Source of the DNA: Vitrella brassicaformis CCMP3155
Lineage: Eukaryota > Protista > Chromerida
Assembly (NCBI GenBank): GCA_001179505.1
Contig: CDMY01000324.1
Coordinates: 56,051 to 120,050 of the forward strand
Direction of reading: 5' to 3'
DNA: 64,000 bases
The notes beneath the pieces are model-generated. The model worked only from the letters and a program-made list of their open reading frames with translations, ran no database searches and was not told the origin of the DNA. This document shows positions 61,374 to 64,000 of this stretch, one piece after another. Both the position numbers and the translations under genes were made by a program. Within the stretch, counting starts at the first letter, position 1. Each line of letters starts with the position of its first letter.

Positions 61374-61972
61374 CGTTACTAACTGGTGTGGGGTGGGGGT
61401 CTCGGCTGGCTTGGGCCGGCCGTCAAGGTGTGAGTGAGTGTGTGGATGTGAGTGTGTGGATGAGAGTGTGTGAGGGATGCCATCGATCTGATCGGCGCAA
61501 CCAACGATTTATCGATTTGTACGTGGCTGCCTGCCTACATGAGTAATGAGTATTTTTGACATTAATGCAGTCAGTCAGTGAATGTCGCGTGCGTGTTTGC
61601 ACTACACATGGACATCATGCCGTGTGTGTGAGGTCTCTCCGACGTGTGATTGATGTGCTGATGGATTGCAATGCAGTTGGTGTGTTTCCCATTGTCCGTC
61701 TCCGGCTGGTCACGCGTCATGCAGGTGGTGACAGAGCCACGAGCATGAAGAGTGACCACCATGGCGGCAGACAATGGACGACACTGGATGGACCACCAGA
61801 CAGACCATGCAGACTATAGTCTGCATGGTGTCTGTTGGTGGACACACGACACGAACGATCGTTGACACTCACACACTTGCCTATGTCTGTCAATCACCTC
61901 TGCAGAGATCCATCCATCCATGCATCCATCTAGTCTAGACAAGGCACAGCAACGACCGAGCGAGCCAGCGAT

Positions 61973-63445
61973 CTACCACTTGCTTTTCTCCTCCGCCAGT
62001 ATCTCCGCCAGGTCATGATATTCCTGGTAATATGGGTCCTCAGTGCTCTCGCCATTCACGTAACACGGCACAGAACGGTTGCCAGCCACCTCTGCCAAAC
62101 GATCCACCAGCTGAGAGCCACAGCCACGGCACACACGAAACAGATGAGTGAGGCTCTCATGAGGATGGCACTGCTCAGTGACTTTCCATCGTGGCTTGCT
62201 CAGCTCACCGCTGGGTTGTCCACAGCGTTGTAGCTCAGATCAAGGTAGCGGAGGTTTGGCAACACGGCGGGCCGCTCCTCAAACAGGCGCACCAGACACC
62301 GAGCACCGTACTCATAGATGCGGTTGTTCGACAGACCCAACACCTGCAGCAAAAGGAGACACAGACAACGAACGAAGCATGGGCAGACGCCTCCCTACCA
62401 TGCCATGCCCCCGTGTGGTCGCTTACGATCAGTTTCTCCGCGTGAGGGAATGCCTCTTCACAGAGAGTGGCGAGTTCCTGACTGGTGATGCCATTGCAGC
62501 CGATCTCGACCTTCTGCAGCCGGGGGCAGCGTCTGAACACTTCGCCAATGGCTCGCACCTTGCCGGGGAAGGTGGCGGGGTTGTGTGAGAGGTTCACTGT
62601 CCGCAGCTGTGGAAGTGTGCTCACCTGATTTGAGCCATCCTCACACACAGAATGGAAATCGACACACCGTGTCTGCACGCCCTCCCTTTCTTTTGTTCTC
62701 GTACCAGTTGGATCATGGATGCTTCAAGGGCGTTGCGCGAGATATCCAGCTCCACCAGCTTCTCGCATGAGGCCAGATGTGCCCCAACCGCCTCTCGCAC
62801 GGCCTTCAGCCCAAGCCGCCTTCGCAGGTTGAGCGACCTCAGCTCTCTGAACGACCGCAATTGCTCCATAGCGGCTCTGACGATGTCGTATGCGTTGCAG
62901 TCCCGCAAGTCCAGCATACACAGCGACGCCGAGTTCTGCAGGATGGCAGCGCTGACGCGGGCATAGTCGGCTGTCGAGAAGGCGCTGCTGAGGAAGACCG
63001 ATATGGTTAGGAAGCGGAGGTTGGTGCACTGCTCAAAGACTTGCACCAGCCTCAGGAACTCCTCCCGCGTGCCCACGTCGATGGACAGGCTGATGACTGA
63101 GCTCGCGAGAAGGGCCTTGGAATGGGCGAGGACTGAGTCTGCGGTCCGGCTGTTGACGCGCAGGGATCCGCACGCCAGCTGCCATGAATCACTGAAACAC
63201 ACATGCAGACAGCAGGGACGAACCGTGCAAGATCATGCCCGAACCGGGGTCTTCTCTGTGCGCGTCATGTGTCACCTCATCCGATGGAGAGCACGGTACA
63301 GCGATGCAGAGGAACGAAGGAGGCTGCGGCAGACTTCTCCGACGGTGAGAAACTCGATGATCTTCAGAAGCACGTTCGCATCGAGAGAGGCGAATGGCGA
63401 CTGCTTCCGGCTGCCGTGAGCAGCTCCTCCCGAGCCGTCATCCAT
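61973..63445 (-). CDS. F-box / RNI-like leucine-rich-repeat protein, spliced
   Basis: F-box-like FASLDANVLLKIIEFLTVGEVCRSLLRSS. LRR units LCMLDLRDC, LRSLNLRR, LVELDISRN, LRTVNLSHN, LQKVEIGCN, VLGLSNNRI and LRYLDLSYN. It ends ...EEKSKW*. Confidence 0.8.
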
Positions 63446-63815
63446 TACACGCCTCGACCTTTGGACGTAGGGAACATTCTCGTACGTGCCGAGCGACCAC
63501 TTGATGCGATGCATAGGGAGGCCCCGGGAAAAGGAGGAGAGAGAGAAAAAAGCAGGGTGAGTGCGAGCTGGGAAAAGATCTGCTTCCTTTCCCCCGGTTT
63601 CCCCCCAACCAACAAAATCCCACCGTTCATCTCCCAGGGTTTCTCACCCTCGCCCTCCCCCAAATGCCCACTCGGTACCTACCTACCAACCTTTCCCTCT
63701 CTCCCGGTGTTGAAGTGCTATCGCGTTCTCCTCTGATCCTCTCCGCGCTAAGCTCATTGTTGAGGAGGACTTTCGAGACCCTCAGCTGAAAGGACCGACC
63801 GAAACCCCATCCCAC

Positions 63816-63930
63816 TCTACCAGGTGTGCGCCATTGTCGCTCTCTACATCAGGTGTGCGCCATTGTCGCTCTCACTCGGGCCGCCCTCGCTCTCTACATC
63901 AGGTGTGCGCCATTGTCGCTCTCGCTCGGG
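63816..63930 (+). repeat. Imperfect tandem repeat: three copies of CAGGTGTGCGCCATTGTCGCTCTC
   Basis: Copies start at 63821, 63850 and 63900 (periods 29 and 50 nt). CTCTCTACAT and CTCGGGC sub-units recur between them. Confidence 0.9.
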
Positions 63931-63951
63931 CTCTTCCCACTGCCGCTTTCG

Positions 63952-63985
63952 GCAAAATGACCCGGTGTGGGACCTGAACCCATAC
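63952..63985 (-). ncRNA. tRNA-like 3' end (T-arm/B-box plus acceptor-like strand and TTTT), truncated by the window edge; possibly a degenerate tRNA or SINE head
   Basis: The minus strand reads TGGG-TTCAGGT-CCCA-CACCGGGTCA-TTTT. No anticodon or D arm is visible in the remaining bases. Confidence 0.3.
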
Positions 63986-64000
63986 CATAATCCCCTGCAG

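Noticed and set aside
63816-63930. CRISPR-like array
   Set aside because: Only three 24-nt copies, with 5- and 26-nt spacers that themselves reuse sub-units. The context is eukaryotic and there are no cas genes.

Overview
This is intron-rich, GC-rich eukaryotic nuclear DNA, not a prokaryotic window. The gene content and style suggest a chromerid such as Vitrella brassicaformis (inference): CBM20-CDPK, bipartite plastid-targeting presequences, lineage-type ankyrin, F-box-like and TLDc-like genes, and microsatellite-filled introns of about 60-150 nt. Most ORF-track entries are exon fragments or antisense shadows. About 17 spliced genes can be rebuilt, in order: membrane protein (-), MYND zinc-finger protein (+), HflX GTPase (+), a 12.8-kb Rod/KNTC1-like kinetochore gene (-), plastid-type SAM methyltransferase (-), ankyrin protein (+), double F-box-like protein (+), TLDc-like protein (-), GT32 glycosyltransferase (+), two hypotheticals, BI-1/TMBIM (+), class I DAHP synthase (-), cyanobacterial-type HtrA/HhoA (+), CBM20-CDPK2 (-), PRPF8 with about 36 introns (+) and an F-box/LRR gene (-). 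There is also an orphan terminal exon of FGAM synthase, a 299-N gap and a repeat/tRNA-like element at the right edge. The most interesting signals are (1) a polarised intron design with (CA/GA)n near the donor and (TG/TC)n near the acceptor that could fold and bridge the splice sites, (2) a Rod-like gene in an apicomplexan relative, (3) the orphan PurL exon, (4) a -1 frame break in the last BI-1 helix, and (5) very tight head-to-head gene pairs. Gene boundaries were inferred by eye and no database search was run.
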